A stretch of DNA of 58,138 nucleotides, the filler included, from Catajapyx aquilonaris (lineage: Eukaryota), in assembly GCA_000934665.2 (NCBI GenBank). It is 2 parts of 2 records of this genome, joined end to end, with 100 filler letters (N's around TTAATTAATTAA, not from the genome) between each part and the next. Parts side by side here need not be neighbours in the genome. Positions count along the whole stretch, not along the records: positions 1 to 29,074 come from JYFJ02004839.1; 1 more part is not named here. One strand, 5' to 3'. The notes below the pieces were generated by a model. It worked only from the letters and a program-made list of their open reading frames with translations. It did not search any database and was not told the origin of the DNA. Made by a program: the position numbers and the translations under genes. Below, piece after piece: positions 1 to 12,912 of this stretch (position 1 is its first letter; every line of letters starts with the position of its first letter).

Positions 1-96
1 TGGACGGGGGCCAATAGGAACAGGTGGCGGCAACAATACGGGGACGGACCAATCAGAGGGCTTATACATAGTCCGCAAGGATTTTAATATTATAGA
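1..96 (-). mobile_element. 5' end of a non-autonomous Helitron (runs off the window edge)
   Basis: The reverse complement reads A|TCTATAATATTAAAATCCTTGCGG..., the same 5' end as the complete Helitron at 20346-20769. Confidence 0.65.
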
Positions 97-825
97 TGCC
101 TTTGTGGTTGGGGAATAACTTTCTGCCCCTCCCCCCCGATACTTTTATTCCATTTGTAACATGTTAATATTCATGTTAATATTCTCACTTGATATACAGC
201 AGGCCTATACTGTGTACTACACATTCTTACATTATAATAATGTAATTATAATGTTCAATGTATTGACTATATACAATCATTCTTTAAACCATGCCTAAAA
301 TGATCGCTAATTCAAAATAAACATGCACTTCCTGTTATATACTTTTTTTAAATGGCAAACAGTTCATTGTAATTGTAATTTTAATGCATTTTAATTCCTT
401 TGGGGTCCGAAAAGACCCCACGGCACGGTTCCAGGATATGTGCGAGAATCATAGTAGGGTTTCAAGTATCAGCTACATGAAATATTTAATATCCTGTGTA
501 ACTTATCCGGTTAGTTTTGCAACAATTAAGCTGAAGGGGTGCAATGGAGAGAAAAAGGCTCCAAATGGGCTACACTTTGATATTTCTAATAGTTTCAGTG
601 AAAGATGATAGAGTTGGGCTAGTGTCACTAAACTGCTGGCAGAAAAGGCTCCCTCAATAAATCCTGTCTGCCCTTTTGGTACTACTCGTAGATTTGCCAT
701 CATTAGTTCACATTTTTCCCAAACATTGAATATGAAACATGACCCTTGGAAACAACTTGTCTGAATTTTCTTCTTGATGATATTAACTTTGCATCAGAGT
801 ACATTATTATATTTGTGAGTTAGTT

Positions 826-2877
826 TCATTCAGTTGGTTGACATTCACACTTATCTTGATGTACTTGACGGAGTTCACATTCTTCTTGAGGGCTATCGGA
901 TGATGAGCGAGGAGTTATTGACGTAACACAGGAGTTAATTTTGACAAATAATAACTCCAATATTAAGCACGATGAAGCGATAACCCATCCAGCAACAATG
1001 AGTCCAAATGGTCCAAACAATTTCTTCACATCAAGGGGTTTACACTCTTCTTCCTCTTCTGACTCAAATTTCTGCACATAGTTGTGCTTTAGTCTAGCCC
1101 TATTTATAGCTGCGAGCATATCCATGAACTTGGCTTGATCCCAATAATGCTGAAGCAAACCGCTTTCAAAGAAGAGCATTGAAAATTGCATTATAGTACC
1201 AGCCATAGGATTATCTCTCAGACAAGAAATACCTATATACATGGTCAGCGCACTTTCGGCACTGAACTGCAGAGGCAACTGTCCTGTTTCGTCAACTATG
1301 CTTGCTAACTGCATATCCATTAGAGCATGAAAGCCAAGACACGCGAAGTGTCCTCTCAGGCATTCGTCAAAGCATTGTCGATCACGATTGTAATAAACGA
1401 GGTTCTCTCTTACTTCTTTGTATACGCCAATGTTGATTTCTCTGGACATGTGGTTGAACAGCATGCCGCTGTAGAATTGAGCTCCTATCTGGAAGTCGGA
1501 CTCAACAAGTTTGTGGAAAGTTGTAGGCAAGGATTCCCTGGCTGGAATAGCCACAAAAGCAAATACCATTTCTTGGTAACCGCAGGAGATGATAATTGCA
1601 AAGAAGAACCAGAAGAGCAGAAATATTCTTCCTGCATGTACTGCTGGTAAATCTCTCCTGGGTAGTTGCTCTATGAATGCAGATGCGCACATCCTGAACG
1701 AGGTTGAGAGTAGAGGGACACCTTCAACAGAGTCTCCGTATAGCTGCAGTTCTGTCTTCATAATTTTCCAAGTGAAAGTCACAGCTACGAAAGTGGACAT
1801 GAACAGCAGTAGCCACACCGACCATTGGTATGGCCAAATTATGGTCTTCCAGGACCAAACTGGTTGTGGAAATCTGGTCACGAATCTAAAACCGCCGTAT
1901 GTGTGAGGGAATGAATGCTCGAGTGTGAATATTTCTGCTTCGTGGTAGAATGTTATTATATTGAAGTATGCTATGCCAGACAGCATGTCTCGGACTGGAC
2001 TCACCCATGTCCCATTTTGCAAACGTACGGTTTCCAACGATTGTGGTCTTATGTCAATCTCATAAGTCACGTACTTCATATTTAATCTTGTCCCAATCTC
2101 ATATAGGACAGTTTCATAGTAATCGAGTGATATTCGTCCTTTCTTAGCGATACTCTTAAGGGTAGATTTCCAGTCGCAGATTTTTATATACGGAGTCGCA
2201 ACTATTCGACCGTTCATATTGGTTGTCATATCTGGGAATATGTTTCTTAGATTCATGCTTTCTGGAAATTGGCCTAAATATTTCCATCTTTCATATCCGT
2301 TGCTACAAAAGAAGCATAACGTGTACAACTTTAAACGGTTTGTGCCAATGTCATACTGAAGAGCAACTTTGAACTTATTGCTATTGTAGATGCTGCTGCT
2401 GTACTCTGTAACCTTAAACATACCCCGGATGTGTTCCTTCCTGAGCCATGAAATAAAGTAGTCCGTGCTCTCACTTACATAAATTGTTCTAGAGATGTAG
2501 TGAAGCAGTCGTTCCAGGGCCCACCTGATGTCTGCTGACATGAAATGCACCAGGCAGTATCCCACATGATCTCTTGAACGAAGATCCCAATAGTTCCTGT
2601 AGTGTCCTGAGGGTAACGCAAACTTTTCTGGCGGAGTCAATACCACAGACACTTGATATTTGTCACTGTAGTTCAACAGAAGATTTTGGAACGGGCGAGG
2701 AAGGTGTCTCAAATAGTCATGAGAAAAGACGAACGTACACTTGGATAGTTCTCTTAAAACTTCGTTAACCAACTGAGAGACGAGAAACACGTCATTGGAG
2801 TAAAAATTGGAGAGTTTGGGCTGTTCAGATACGCTCACAGCAACAACTTGAAGCAGCACAAATATTACCGTGGCCAT
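826..2877 (-). CDS. Divergent ionotropic receptor (variant iGluR chemoreceptor), intronless CDS, 683 aa
   Basis: Signal peptide; S1-like NGTW...FP..F.FVT; pre-M1 'WPYQWSVW'; pore 'FIEQ'; M2/M3 'RIFLLFWFFFAIIISCGY'; S2 'FESGLLQHY'; 'PLDVKKLFGPF...LEL' M4. Possible 5'UTR intron 2888-3348 (CAG|GTGAG donor, CAG acceptor 10 nt before the ATG). Confidence 0.9.
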   Translation of the reverse strand: MATVIFVLLQVVAVSVSEQPKLSNFYSNDVFLVSQLVNEVLRELSKCTFVFSHDYLRHLPRPFQNLLLNYSDKYQVSVVLTPPEKFALPSGHYRNYWDLRSRDHVGYCLVHFMSADIRWALERLLHYISRTIYVSESTDYFISWLRKEHIRGMFKVTEYSSSIYNSNKFKVALQYDIGTNRLKLYTLCFFCSNGYERWKYLGQFPESMNLRNIFPDMTTNMNGRIVATPYIKICDWKSTLKSIAKKGRISLDYYETVLYEIGTRLNMKYVTYEIDIRPQSLETVRLQNGTWVSPVRDMLSGIAYFNIITFYHEAEIFTLEHSFPHTYGGFRFVTRFPQPVWSWKTIIWPYQWSVWLLLFMSTFVAVTFTWKIMKTELQLYGDSVEGVPLLSTSFRMCASAFIEQLPRRDLPAVHAGRIFLLFWFFFAIIISCGYQEMVFAFVAIPARESLPTTFHKLVESDFQIGAQFYSGMLFNHMSREINIGVYKEVRENLVYYNRDRQCFDECLRGHFACLGFHALMDMQLASIVDETGQLPLQFSAESALTMYIGISCLRDNPMAGTIMQFSMLFFESGLLQHYWDQAKFMDMLAAINRARLKHNYVQKFESEEEEECKPLDVKKLFGPFGLIVAGWVIASSCLILELLFVKINSCVTSITPRSSSDSPQEECELRQVHQDKCECQPTE

Positions 2878-3660
2878 TGCTTTCCACCTGCTGGCTTATT
2901 CTACGTATTTAGGACTATGAGTGGTCATTGGCGCAATTAATTATGGACAGAAACAGTCCAAATAGGCGGAGATAAATGTGATATACGTGTCACAAAGGTG
3001 GTGTTTACAACTTGACGTAATCTGTGTTCGTGGGTGTCGAGGGGCCGCTTATTTTCAGGGTTTAGGTAGGCCAGTAATGACAGCATTTGGTGTGTGTGCA
3101 GTTATCGGTCAGGCGAAACAGTTTCACAGTAGCATGAAAGATTCCATAACGGTTCATGTATATTGATCTGGAATTAAATTGGACGGATTATATCAAGAAG
3201 CTCTGGAGCCTTGATGTGTCTTTTAATGTACAGTACAATACGCAACAGTATGGAAGAGACTCTCATCATGACAATGGTCCATACATTATTGACTCTGATT
3301 CTTGGAAATTTTTGTTGTAAGTTAGTAGGGCCTGTATATCATTCTCACCTGTCCACAGTTGAGCATGTTGTGCCACTTGATATAGGCCTATACTTCGGCA
3401 ACCTTTCCACCTTGTCATTTGCTTTGACCTTCGAGGACTTTGAGAGCAACCTTGATCGAAGGTTATTAATAATGTGTTGGAAATACTGTATAACTATTGG
3501 CGCGATGATTTTTTGGGGTATTGCGACCATAAAACTGATCTCAACTAATGTTAAAGTAATTATGTCATGTCATGTTATGACTTCATGGCCAAGTTCGCCC
3601 CAACCAGTGGGGGTGGACTTGGCCATCTAATTTTCCAATTATCACAAATGCACTGTGTTC

Positions 3661-3912
3661 AGTGGGGCTTAACGTCTGCCTATTTCTGCCTCTAAGGCTC
3701 AACACCGACGCCAGGGGGTGGTCCTCCTCCTGGAAATTTGGCCACTCTGGGGATCTTTAACGTGCACTCGCGCAATGACACAAGCACAAGGGACCGATGG
3801 CTTATTTACTTCCCCTCCGACCCGGAGAAAAGTCACCGACCTCGGCCGGGTTCGAACCCACAACCTTGGGACCAGAGGCGAGCGCGCTAACCACTAGTCC
3901 ACCAAGGCCGGC
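3661..3912 (-). mobile_element. tRNA-derived SINE with Meta/Ruka-like domain
   Basis: A box TGGACTAGTGG, B box GGTTCGAACCC, central GCACGTTAAAGATCCCC, tail ACGTTAAGCCCCA. Second copy at 15138-15344. Confidence 0.8.
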
Positions 3913-4004
3913 AGTATGAATCATACTGTATAAATCACTCAAATATTACTTAGTACGAGTGTATGTACGTATTGTACGTACGTACGTACTTACTGTAATT
4001 AAGT

Positions 4005-4274
4005 AAGGGCGACACGGTGGCGAAGTGGTTAGCGCCACAGCCTTCCACCTCTAAGGTCCCGAGTTCGATCCCCGGGTCCCGCAGAGGATACTTATGTGGA
4101 TAGAGTTTCGATGGGTTCTCTCCGTGTTCGCGTGGGTTTTCTCGGGGTTCTCCCGTTTCCTCCCGCAATCAAAATCCATCACACGCAGGCATTGATTAAA
4201 GTCGGTTCATGAAAAGATGATCCCCTAAGAGGCCCAAGGCCTATCACGGGGTATATCCATAAATAAATAAATAA
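4005..4274 (+). mobile_element. tRNA-derived V-SINE
   Basis: tRNA head (TGGCGAAGTGG; GTTCGATCCC), V-domain-like CCGTGTTCGCGTGGGTTTTCTCGGGGTTCTCCCGTTTCCTCCC, (TAAA)n tail, 13-bp TSD ACTGTAATTAAGT (3992-4004, 4275-4287). Confidence 0.85.
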
Positions 4275-4880
4275 ACTGTAATTAAGTCATTCAAAACGAG
4301 CCACAAAACGAATAATCGAATTTTATTCATGTGTATATTGTCAATATGCGCGTGCACGCTTTTTCATATGAAAATATGGTACAAAATTGCAGTGGTGGGA
4401 TATATAACCGGGTATAACAAATAAATTGTTAACTTCTTTAACCGCCTCATAAGATTTGCAATTCTTTTCTCTAAATGCAGACCATATTTAATGCAGCAAA
4501 AAGGCAAGTAGGCCCATAGCTCAGACTTATCAGGTATTCATAGTATGTGCGGGAAACCATGCATAAGATTGAGTACTGTACTGCACAATAAGTGTTGTAA
4601 CCATACACTTTGTCTACATGATTGCCATGTATGTGACACTTATTCGCTTAATGTGTTCTGTTCGTTGCTTTGTATGATAGAGAAAGGTTACCCCTTTTTT
4701 CACGTATACCCTTTCCAATCTGGCCTACACATATTTATTATTCTACTCTGTCTTCGACGCAACAGTGCGCGGTATAGCATGTTTCATGTAACATAATCCA
4801 AGGGACATGTTGCAAATCTCTGCTTTTCTCAGTACGTATATATTCCTGCCTTGCTGAATTTTTATCAATACACTATCAGA

Positions 4881-7800
4881 ATGTTCTCTTTGTGGTTGGT
4901 TGCACTGTTGGCCATAACTGGGGCTTCTGCAAACGAAAATATTGCGTCCTACGTCATAGAAAAGTCTCTGAAGCAAGTACCGGACTCTCTTCTGATCTTA
5001 TGCCACGATTACGAAGTTCTCCCCGACACCCTGCAAAAGCTTGTGGCCCGAAGATACGACAGAGATGGACAGCCATTGCCCAACCTGATCCTGAAATATA
5101 ACAATGAGACAGTGATAAGGACTCCAGATTTATCATCGAGGAGAAACAATGAGTACTCATTCTCATGGCTACACCGACCATGGGCTACCAAGCAGTGGAA
5201 CCGTGCTTTCATCGTCGTGCTGTTCGAACCACAAAATTTGGAGCTCATCATGAAGTACATTGCTGGAACCGTCGCCTTAAGAACCACGTGGGATTTTTTG
5301 CTATTGATTCCTCATGGAGAGGAACTAGAAGAGTCCGATATTGAAAGCATGCTCTTTCATAACCAAACCGACTTATTTCTGTTTAAACTAATCGCTGATA
5401 TCAGAGGAGATGACGTGGTTCTTAAGACAGCATGTTTCTTCTGTAATGGCGGGAAGCCCAGAGTCGTCAATATGGGTAAGCTTTCCTACATAACCTATAC
5501 CTGTAGAATTATTATCAGGAAGTATTTTATAGCAAATTGTTTTTCAATAACTTACAGCTAAGGATACTGAGAAAGGGACAATATTTTTTACTAAGTAGCA
5601 TTAGACACAAAAGTTTGCATATGACTTAAAAAAATTACTGATGACGATGAATTTTAAATAAAACCATGCACGTCGGTGGGTAGGCCGCTGCATAATACTG
5701 TATAATTATTGTGTGCTTTTTATGTGGTATACTGTATACGGGTTTTTTTGTAGAACAAATGCTTCCACACATACGGTATATTCTTTGGTTAGCAATACCT
5801 AATTCACAAGTTTGTGTAAAATAAATTTCCTCATTATTGCAAATATTATTCATCGCACCACATTATTAATAAGTACGAGCGTATAGTGAGCATCTCAGTC
5901 GCTTGTTTACTTTACTATTAATTTTTTCAAGCTACATCCAGTTACCAATTAACTACGAGGGTTGGAACAGAAGTCATCAGGGTCCGTATTTTTAAATTCA
6001 AACATCTGAGTGATGAACCTACGGTAAACAACCCTTCAGTGAACGTTTTATATCTCATGCTGACTGTGAGTTCTAAAAGAATGCTGGGAAACAAAATAGG
6101 ACTGACACAGCTTTTACCTGCCACTGTGTGAAACATGGAACCATCAATAGAAAATGCTTTAAGTTTAAGGCAGTGATCTGATATCACCCACCGTCACATA
6201 GCGTGTAACATTCAACAGCTTTCCTCAATCCACGACCTTGGTGAAAGGCCTTTGGTGAGATCAGATTAATGATTGAGAGCATTTTTGTGTCTGTGTAGGT
6301 TACTGCTGTACGAATGTTGTGCATTGTTTATGGAGAGGGAGGGTGCGGTGTATAGTTCCTCCTTTGTTTTCCAACCTCTTTTGCTATGTTCACATTTGTT
6401 ATCATCAGATGAAACTCGGTCAGAGTTTCAAAGTGACAAGTACTGTTCATCACTGAAAAGCCTCAGGTTTTCGAATGTTAAAAATACGAGCCAAGCCATG
6501 TATAATGACGAATGATCCACTTCACCAAGTTGGTCATCTGATCGATTACTGTTTTGAATATTACCTGTGCTGCAAAAGGATATATATCTTATAATGTTAC
6601 TGAAACTAAATTTCATGCTACACACCGCGTCATCCTATAGACGCAAATGATGTAACCATTGTTGTCATTACTGAAGAAGTTACAATGTAGATGGTAAACA
6701 ATGACAACAACGGTGATATAATTTGCCTATTTGGTGGTGCGGGGTGTAGAAAACTGATTACTGATTACAAGTTTATATCACGTGTTATTTTCCAAACAAG
6801 CAAGACTCAAAACCGTCTGAAGTCTGTAAAAATTTTGAGAATATGAACTCAGAGTAACAGAAGCCTTATTTAGATCACATCATGATGATAAACTCCTTGA
6901 CACCAAACAAACATTTGGCTCGACAATCTCAGTTAATAAATATTGACCGGTTTTGATAATGACCTATTTTATACAATATTTTGGTATCTCAAAAGGAAAA
7001 ATGAAATGGACCGGGGAGAATGTGGACGAAGACGTAGAAGAAGTCCTATACCCGAACTGGACAGAAGACATGGGCGGAACACATTTCTTGGGGATATATG
7101 TGGAAGAACTAGATTACAACTACACCATTAAAGCCATCGAGAACAGATGGCCAGTCTTCCCAACAGATTCCAACTGGGTGGTCATCGGCCAGAAACTCAA
7201 CTTCACCTTTTACGCCAAGCATTTGGAAGTGGACGAATCTGGTCTGGCAGATGTCCAGTTGCCAAACGGGACGTGGGTCGGACACGTGGGACACATCATG
7301 CATCGAGAGGCTGTCTTCGCGCCTATGTCTCCACTTCTGTACCACATCATGGAGACTGTCGACATGAGTAGACCTTTACTGATGGAGCCGGTCAACTTCC
7401 TGACCAGACAACCCAGACCTTCTTACACGTGGACAGCACCTGTGGAACCGTACACCACTGGGATGTGGGGCCTTATCTTCGCAGCGTGCGTCTTTGGTGC
7501 TGGGATCTTTTGGATCATTCTTCATGGCACACGAAGATTGATCAAAATCAATCCGTTTCATCCTGCTCCATTTCCTCGGCACACTTTCGTATACTCTTTG
7601 AGGTAAGGCACGCACTGGACTGGTCACTATCACCATACGTTTCTTTCATTGGATGCGTATAATATGTGCCAGCTTACCCCGACACTTGTTTTCGCTAATT
7701 TTTCCAACTCTCGCGTATCGAAATGGTACAGTTTATTGTAGATATGAAATAGAAGATTTTTCAGTAAGGTCCAATGAATTTACATAAGAATCACACCTGT

Positions 7801-8787
7801 GAAATTCAAGCCCAAATAAATTGTGTTCCTACATGCCATTATTGATGCAAAACAGGATTCATATAGGAAGGGTATTAATTTTGCTAAAATTAAGTTACAC
7901 CTTATGTTTGTAAAGTTATGGTTAAATCCATTGTGTCACTTTTCAGATACATGTCATTCGCACTGGTGGAAGAGAATCCGTCTCTGATTCCTGCCGGCCT
8001 GGTAGCCAGAGTGTTTCTGATCTTCTGGTGGCTATTTGCTATGGTCATCACTTGCGGCTACGACTGCAAGCTGATCACCTTTCTGGTGTCCCCCCAGCTG
8101 GAAACCCTCCCAAAAGACATGGAAGACCTGTCCAACATGGTGGGCAAGTGGACCTGGGGCATGAACTCCACACATGCTGCTTTCTTTCCCATGATGGTCG
8201 CCTTTTCAGACGCTCCCTACCACACCGTCATGGAGGAATACATGCAGAGCCTGCCCAATGTCGACACATGCCTCATAACTACCATAGAAAAAAACTTTGC
8301 CTGTCTCAGTATACAAATCTTCCTCAGGATGCAGTCACAACTGCATGTCTACGAGGACGGGTATTGTCCCATGATGTTGCAAAGCGACAAGAGTATCTTG
8401 CTATACTTGGGGTCACTCTTTCGCAAGCACAGCGTCTCCATGCCCATCATTGACAAGGCTGTACAGAGGAATTTTGATGCCGGAATATTTCAAAGGTTCG
8501 TCAACGATCTCTACAGCAACTCCCTGAATCAAGGGGTGATTATTGCCAGAGCTACCAACCGCAAAAGGGATCTAAGCATGGCTTTAAAAGTAGATCAACT
8601 CAAGGGACCGTTGGTTTTCCTGGTTTTTATGCTGATTGTGTCAGTTGTTGTGTTTGTTGTAGAGATCATTGCAAAATGTCATTATCAAAGGAATGGAAAG
8701 TCACAGGCCACAGGTCGTGATACGGAAGTGCGCCCTATGGCACATTCCACAAAAGATAGAAGCATAGTGAAGGAACTCAAGGATTAG
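4881..8787 (+). CDS. Divergent ionotropic receptor, 3 coding exons (4881-5475, 6996-7602, 7947-8787), about 680 aa
   Basis: GT-AG junctions keep frame (595+607+841=2043 nt). Signal peptide, CFFC motif as in the neighbouring IR, 'LPNGTWVGHVG', 'VDMSRP', 'PYTTGMW', 'RVFLIFWWLFAMVITCGY', 'DAGIF', 'LKVDQLKGP...VEI'. Confidence 0.88.
5940..6620 (-). mobile_element. Possible highly decayed LINE endonuclease-region remnant in IR intron 1
   Basis: Only fragmentary motifs ('ISDH', 'VQQ*PT') in broken frames. Confidence 0.25.
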
Positions 8788-9156
8788 AAAAAAATTTATG
8801 CACTTTATTTGCACGACTCTACTTTTACAAGAACCACGCCTATTCAGTACAATGATTCTGAAACGCACATATAACAGATTAGTACATATAGAGTGACTAT
8901 GGTTATTCAAAACTAATGACCTATAATTACATAAATGAGATATCACGTGTTACACACTCTGCACCTACGTTCAGAGCCAAACCCTGCAAATGAGGACGTG
9001 AGAAATGCACATCTTATTCACGGAGGGATTTTCCCTTCGTTTTGCTGTGGGTATAGGCCTGCTCGTCCTTTTTGTGTTACACCCCGGTATGTAGGCCGAA
9101 TACGGCAATATAACGAACCGACTCGTGAGTATTGCACAGATTTGCAAATTGCTCAG

Positions 9157-11592
9157 TTACACATAACATGGTGGTACAAAAGTAGGCCCACTGAACATGG
9201 CTGAAATGGCGCTGTACGTGGACAAACTGCCTCCCAAGACTCCAACAATTACCAGTTCCACGAGAAATACCTTTGTATGAAGTGGTATAGTTCTGGAAAT
9301 GAAAATAAAAAAATTACTTCCGGCGCCGGCATCTTCACGTACAACTACGTGTATAACGTGTTTGAAGAGTAATTTTACCTTGTTGGCCAGGCTGGATCAG
9401 TTTGACCACATAGCCGAATGTACAGTATTGGAGGAAGTACGAAAGTAAGCAATGTTATTGTTGAGGCACCCACCAATGAAAGGATTTTGCTGAAGTGTGG
9501 AATAGATTGACCCACAAAAGTGATGCAAATCATTATAAATGTACGTGAAGCTGCTCGTTTCCAACCAAATACTGCAAAAGAACGTGCAATGCATTAATTA
9601 TTTCTTGTAAAAATGCAAAATATGCAGAAAAATTATTTACTTGGAGGTATGTTAAGAAATTCTTCAACGTCTTGACATACGGGATTAATTACAATTATGT
9701 ACGCGAGAATTAAATGCAATGTCACTAAAGCACGTGATGCTGTCACCAATGGTCCTTGATGCATTCCATCCAAGATATTATCGGGTGTGCGATCGCCTAT
9801 AAGCGCATAGCCTGGTACGGACACCGTCATGTACAAAATGATGATAACTGCAAAATAAAACATTTCAGAATGAGTTGCAAGAACACACTAGACATTTTAT
9901 TTAATACTTCTACTTAATGTGCTGAGTTCAATCTCTTACAGGTTTAACGCTAATCAATAGATTGTGACGTCAATAAAGTATAACACAAGGCACCGTACCT
10001 ATAAAAGCAACAATCACACTCTTCTTGAACTGACCCCTGTCCCTCATGTCGTTCTGAACTGTCGGAAAAGTGGATGCTCCTCCGAAGCTGAAAAGTATAG
10101 TACCAAAAGCCAAAAAGAAACCGCTGAGAGTCGGAGATCCATGTGTAGCTGTCGGCAGAGTTTCTTGGGCGTACATAGCCATTTGGATCATGCTGAATGT
10201 ACATGTGAGCGCAATGGTCATCAGTGCCCCAACAGCAGCCAACCAAAAGTCTTTTGGCGACCCCAGCCATGTGACCGGACACATGATAGCCCCTATAATG
10301 AGTGACCATCTGCAGTAGGACAGGTCCCAACCGAACAGGTTGCTGACCAAGTCTTGGGCCATGGAGGCCACCAGAAGGAGAAATACGACTGAGGTTCCGA
10401 AGAGCGTTATATATATGCTGACCCGTATCAGGATCCGTGCCCAAGCTCCAAAGGCCTTCATCCCTATGGTCGGATATGGATCTCTGACCTGACCTTTGCA
10501 TTCGGGAAAGCGTTCTTCTAGGATGGTCCAGCAGGTAGCCAGACGTGTCCCACTGTAAGCGGCTGATACACCGAGTATTATCATTAGGGGAATTCCAATC
10601 CATCCTGAAAAAAAATGATAAGCTTTATCACGGCAATAATTTAGGAAAGGAAAAGCTCAGCCAGCTGTGCGAAATTCCCGTGAATTGAGAATACTCGTAC
10701 ATATATACAAGCCATGGAGGCTAATGCTTACCTATGTCGACTACAGCTTGTGGAAGGGCCAAAGCTCCGCTGCCCACCATTTCTCCTACGACGAAAGTGG
10801 CAGCAGTTATCATCGTCAGTCCATGAGTAGGAGGTGTTGGTAATTCGGGCTTTTCAGAAGACTTTTTACCTTCTGACTTTTCCGACATTTCAATCTGTGT
10901 AGGAAATATAAACACACTCTCAACATATGCAGAATAAATCAGTGTGAGATAGTGATTTGTGAAGATTCTCATTTTATCAAAGCGCATAATTATAATGGTG
11001 ACGTCATCAGCGGATGGATTGAAATTTAGCAGTATCAGTCTCATTCTCATTTGTTATTGTTGCTGCATATTAACAATGCATATACAGCAATATGTGAGTG
11101 TCCCAAAAAGCTTCACGAATCTTTTGGTTTTGCATATTCGATTTATCACATGTCATTGTAAGTGCACAAGGAAAACTATACATATAGTGAGAGCATTATG
11201 TAAAAAAAAACATCCGTTGAGTTTTTACGATTTTAATTAGCCTACTACCAACTGCATATTTTTAGTGCGTTTTAGGCATGGTGGCCGAGTTGGTAACGAC
11301 TTGACTTGCTGATCGGAAGGTCCCGGGTTCGATCCCCGCCCGGGAGCTCTCTTTCGCCTGCGTCAGGAGGGTCTCTGACCCGCGCCTTGGAGGCGTCTGG
11401 CAACCTAACCTCCAGGGAGACTGCACATGACCCAGTTTCAGACATTGCACTAGCACCCGTATCTCCTCCCCAAAAATCCCCATGCCTCATGCCCTTTCTT
11501 CCCTGCACGGAGTTCGAAGAAAATATTCAAAAATAGATTGAAAAAAGGTGGTGTTCCACCCCCCTAAAAGAGCGCTGTCCTCTTCTAACGGG

Positions 11593-11657
<65 letters not shown>

Positions 11658-12543
11658 CAACAACAACTTGCTTGACCTCCTTAAGAGGTGTACTGTATAT
11701 ATAGCACTGAACTTTATTTATACCGTTATACGATACAAGACTGGAACCTGGAACCAAGCGCCCGGGCCCACAGGCAGGACTGGGAGGATATATGGAATGT
11801 ATAGTATAGTGCAATGTGTCAAACGATACATTTTGTGAACTCCCCGGGTGGATTAGTCAGGGGAGATTCAACGCGAGACGAAGCCAGAGACCGCCCAACT
11901 CTGCGCGAGATGAGGGGGCGAGATCCCCGGCTGGGATCGAACCCGGGACCCTTCCATCCGTAGGCGCATACATTACCGCAGCGCCACTCCGGCTCCCATT
12001 TTCGGAGGGATATTTTTAATCACCATATTTACAGCACCACTACAAAAAATATTACCAAAAATGCAACAAAATGTGACGTACTGTGTGTATGTGCTATCGT
12101 TGCATGATAACCTTGACAGGGAATGGCTTTAGAGGTTGTTACTAAACATTTTAAAAGGGGATCCACTCACATAATAATGTAGGCTACTAAGTTATTGCTG
12201 CCGTCACGAGAATATGGGTCGGTTGTTCGATTCTATCCCTGTTAGCAGTAGGCTACAGCTGTCAACAACTAATAACCTTGGCAACCCATACGCTCATGAG
12301 AGTATTCCGGAAGCAGGTTGCAAGCAGAGACTTGGGATGATGACTATAAAAACCCGCACTATAGTTTTAAAATATGTGTTGAATGTAGGCTACTTAAGAC
12401 GTCTCGTCGTTTAGACAGCACCACTTAAGTGGACGAAAACTTTTAAAGTTTTCATGGGATGGTCCCTCATGCTATAAAATATGTAGTATATTATTTAAAA
12501 AACCTACCTGGTAAATTCCTGTTGGTCTATTCATTGTGTCCAT
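9157..12543 (-). CDS. Amino-acid transporter, Aa_trans/AAAP family (SLC32/36/38-related), paralogue A, 446 aa; exons 12543-12508, 10894-10732, 10604-9999, 9847-9641, 9571-9379, 9292-9157
   Basis: Six GT-AG exons total 1341 nt with an open frame. Motifs GEMVGSGALALP, RDPYPTIG, WLGSPKDFW, FGTILFSFGGASTFPTVQNDM, IPHFSKILSLVGAST, C-terminal FVPPCYV*. Confidence 0.92.
11274..11667 (+). mobile_element. tRNA-derived SINE with (AAT)n tail
   Basis: TGGCCGAGTTGG A box, GGTTCGATCCC B box; homologous to 23305-23651; 3' stem-loop then ACGGGGT and a microsatellite tail. Lies in intron 1 of transporter A. Confidence 0.85.
11830..11997 (-). mobile_element. tRNA-derived SINE, 3'-truncated
   Basis: GTGGCGCTGCGGTAA...GGTTCGATCCC head; homologous to 15722-16062. 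Confidence 0.8.
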
Positions 12544-12912
12544 TTTGTTAGCTGCTCTCAACAGACAATGCCTCCACTACCCCTTCGAAATAAATATTAG
12601 GCTCCTTATCGCATCATTTGCTTATCCACAAGTGATTGAGATTTTCTTGCTGTCATTGTAAGTACAGAGATAACACTAGTGATTGGAATAAAACACTGTG
12701 CAATCAAATTGTAATTACTGTTCCCATTGAACTAATTAAGATAGCCAGAAGCTAAACTGATATTTCCAGATTAACTGTAACAGTTTTCTGCAAGATAGGC
12801 CAACCAGAATTAGTCTATTCAAAGCAATGTTCTGTTATTTCAGTAGGCTAGTATTGCAATGAAGCTTATTAACATGAAAGTACAGTAGTAGGTGTCTTGG
12901 TAGACTGTTGGT
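12425..12912. repeat. Promoter/exon-1 block duplicated at 20285-20345 + 20770-21194
   Basis: Near-identical ~490 bp including a 36-nt coding exon (MDTMNRPTGIYQ|GTAGG) and GATA motifs (CTTATC x2, GATAAC). Confidence 0.95.

Noticed and set aside
384..703. Short ORFs downstream of the first IR
   Set aside because: No recognisable domain or splice structure; likely TE-derived (TTAA plus the GGGGTC...GACCCC palindrome at ~401).
3835..4085. Genuine tRNA genes
   Set aside because: The heads run into SINE bodies with tails or TSDs and lack proper acceptor stems; the same applies to the other tRNA-like heads.
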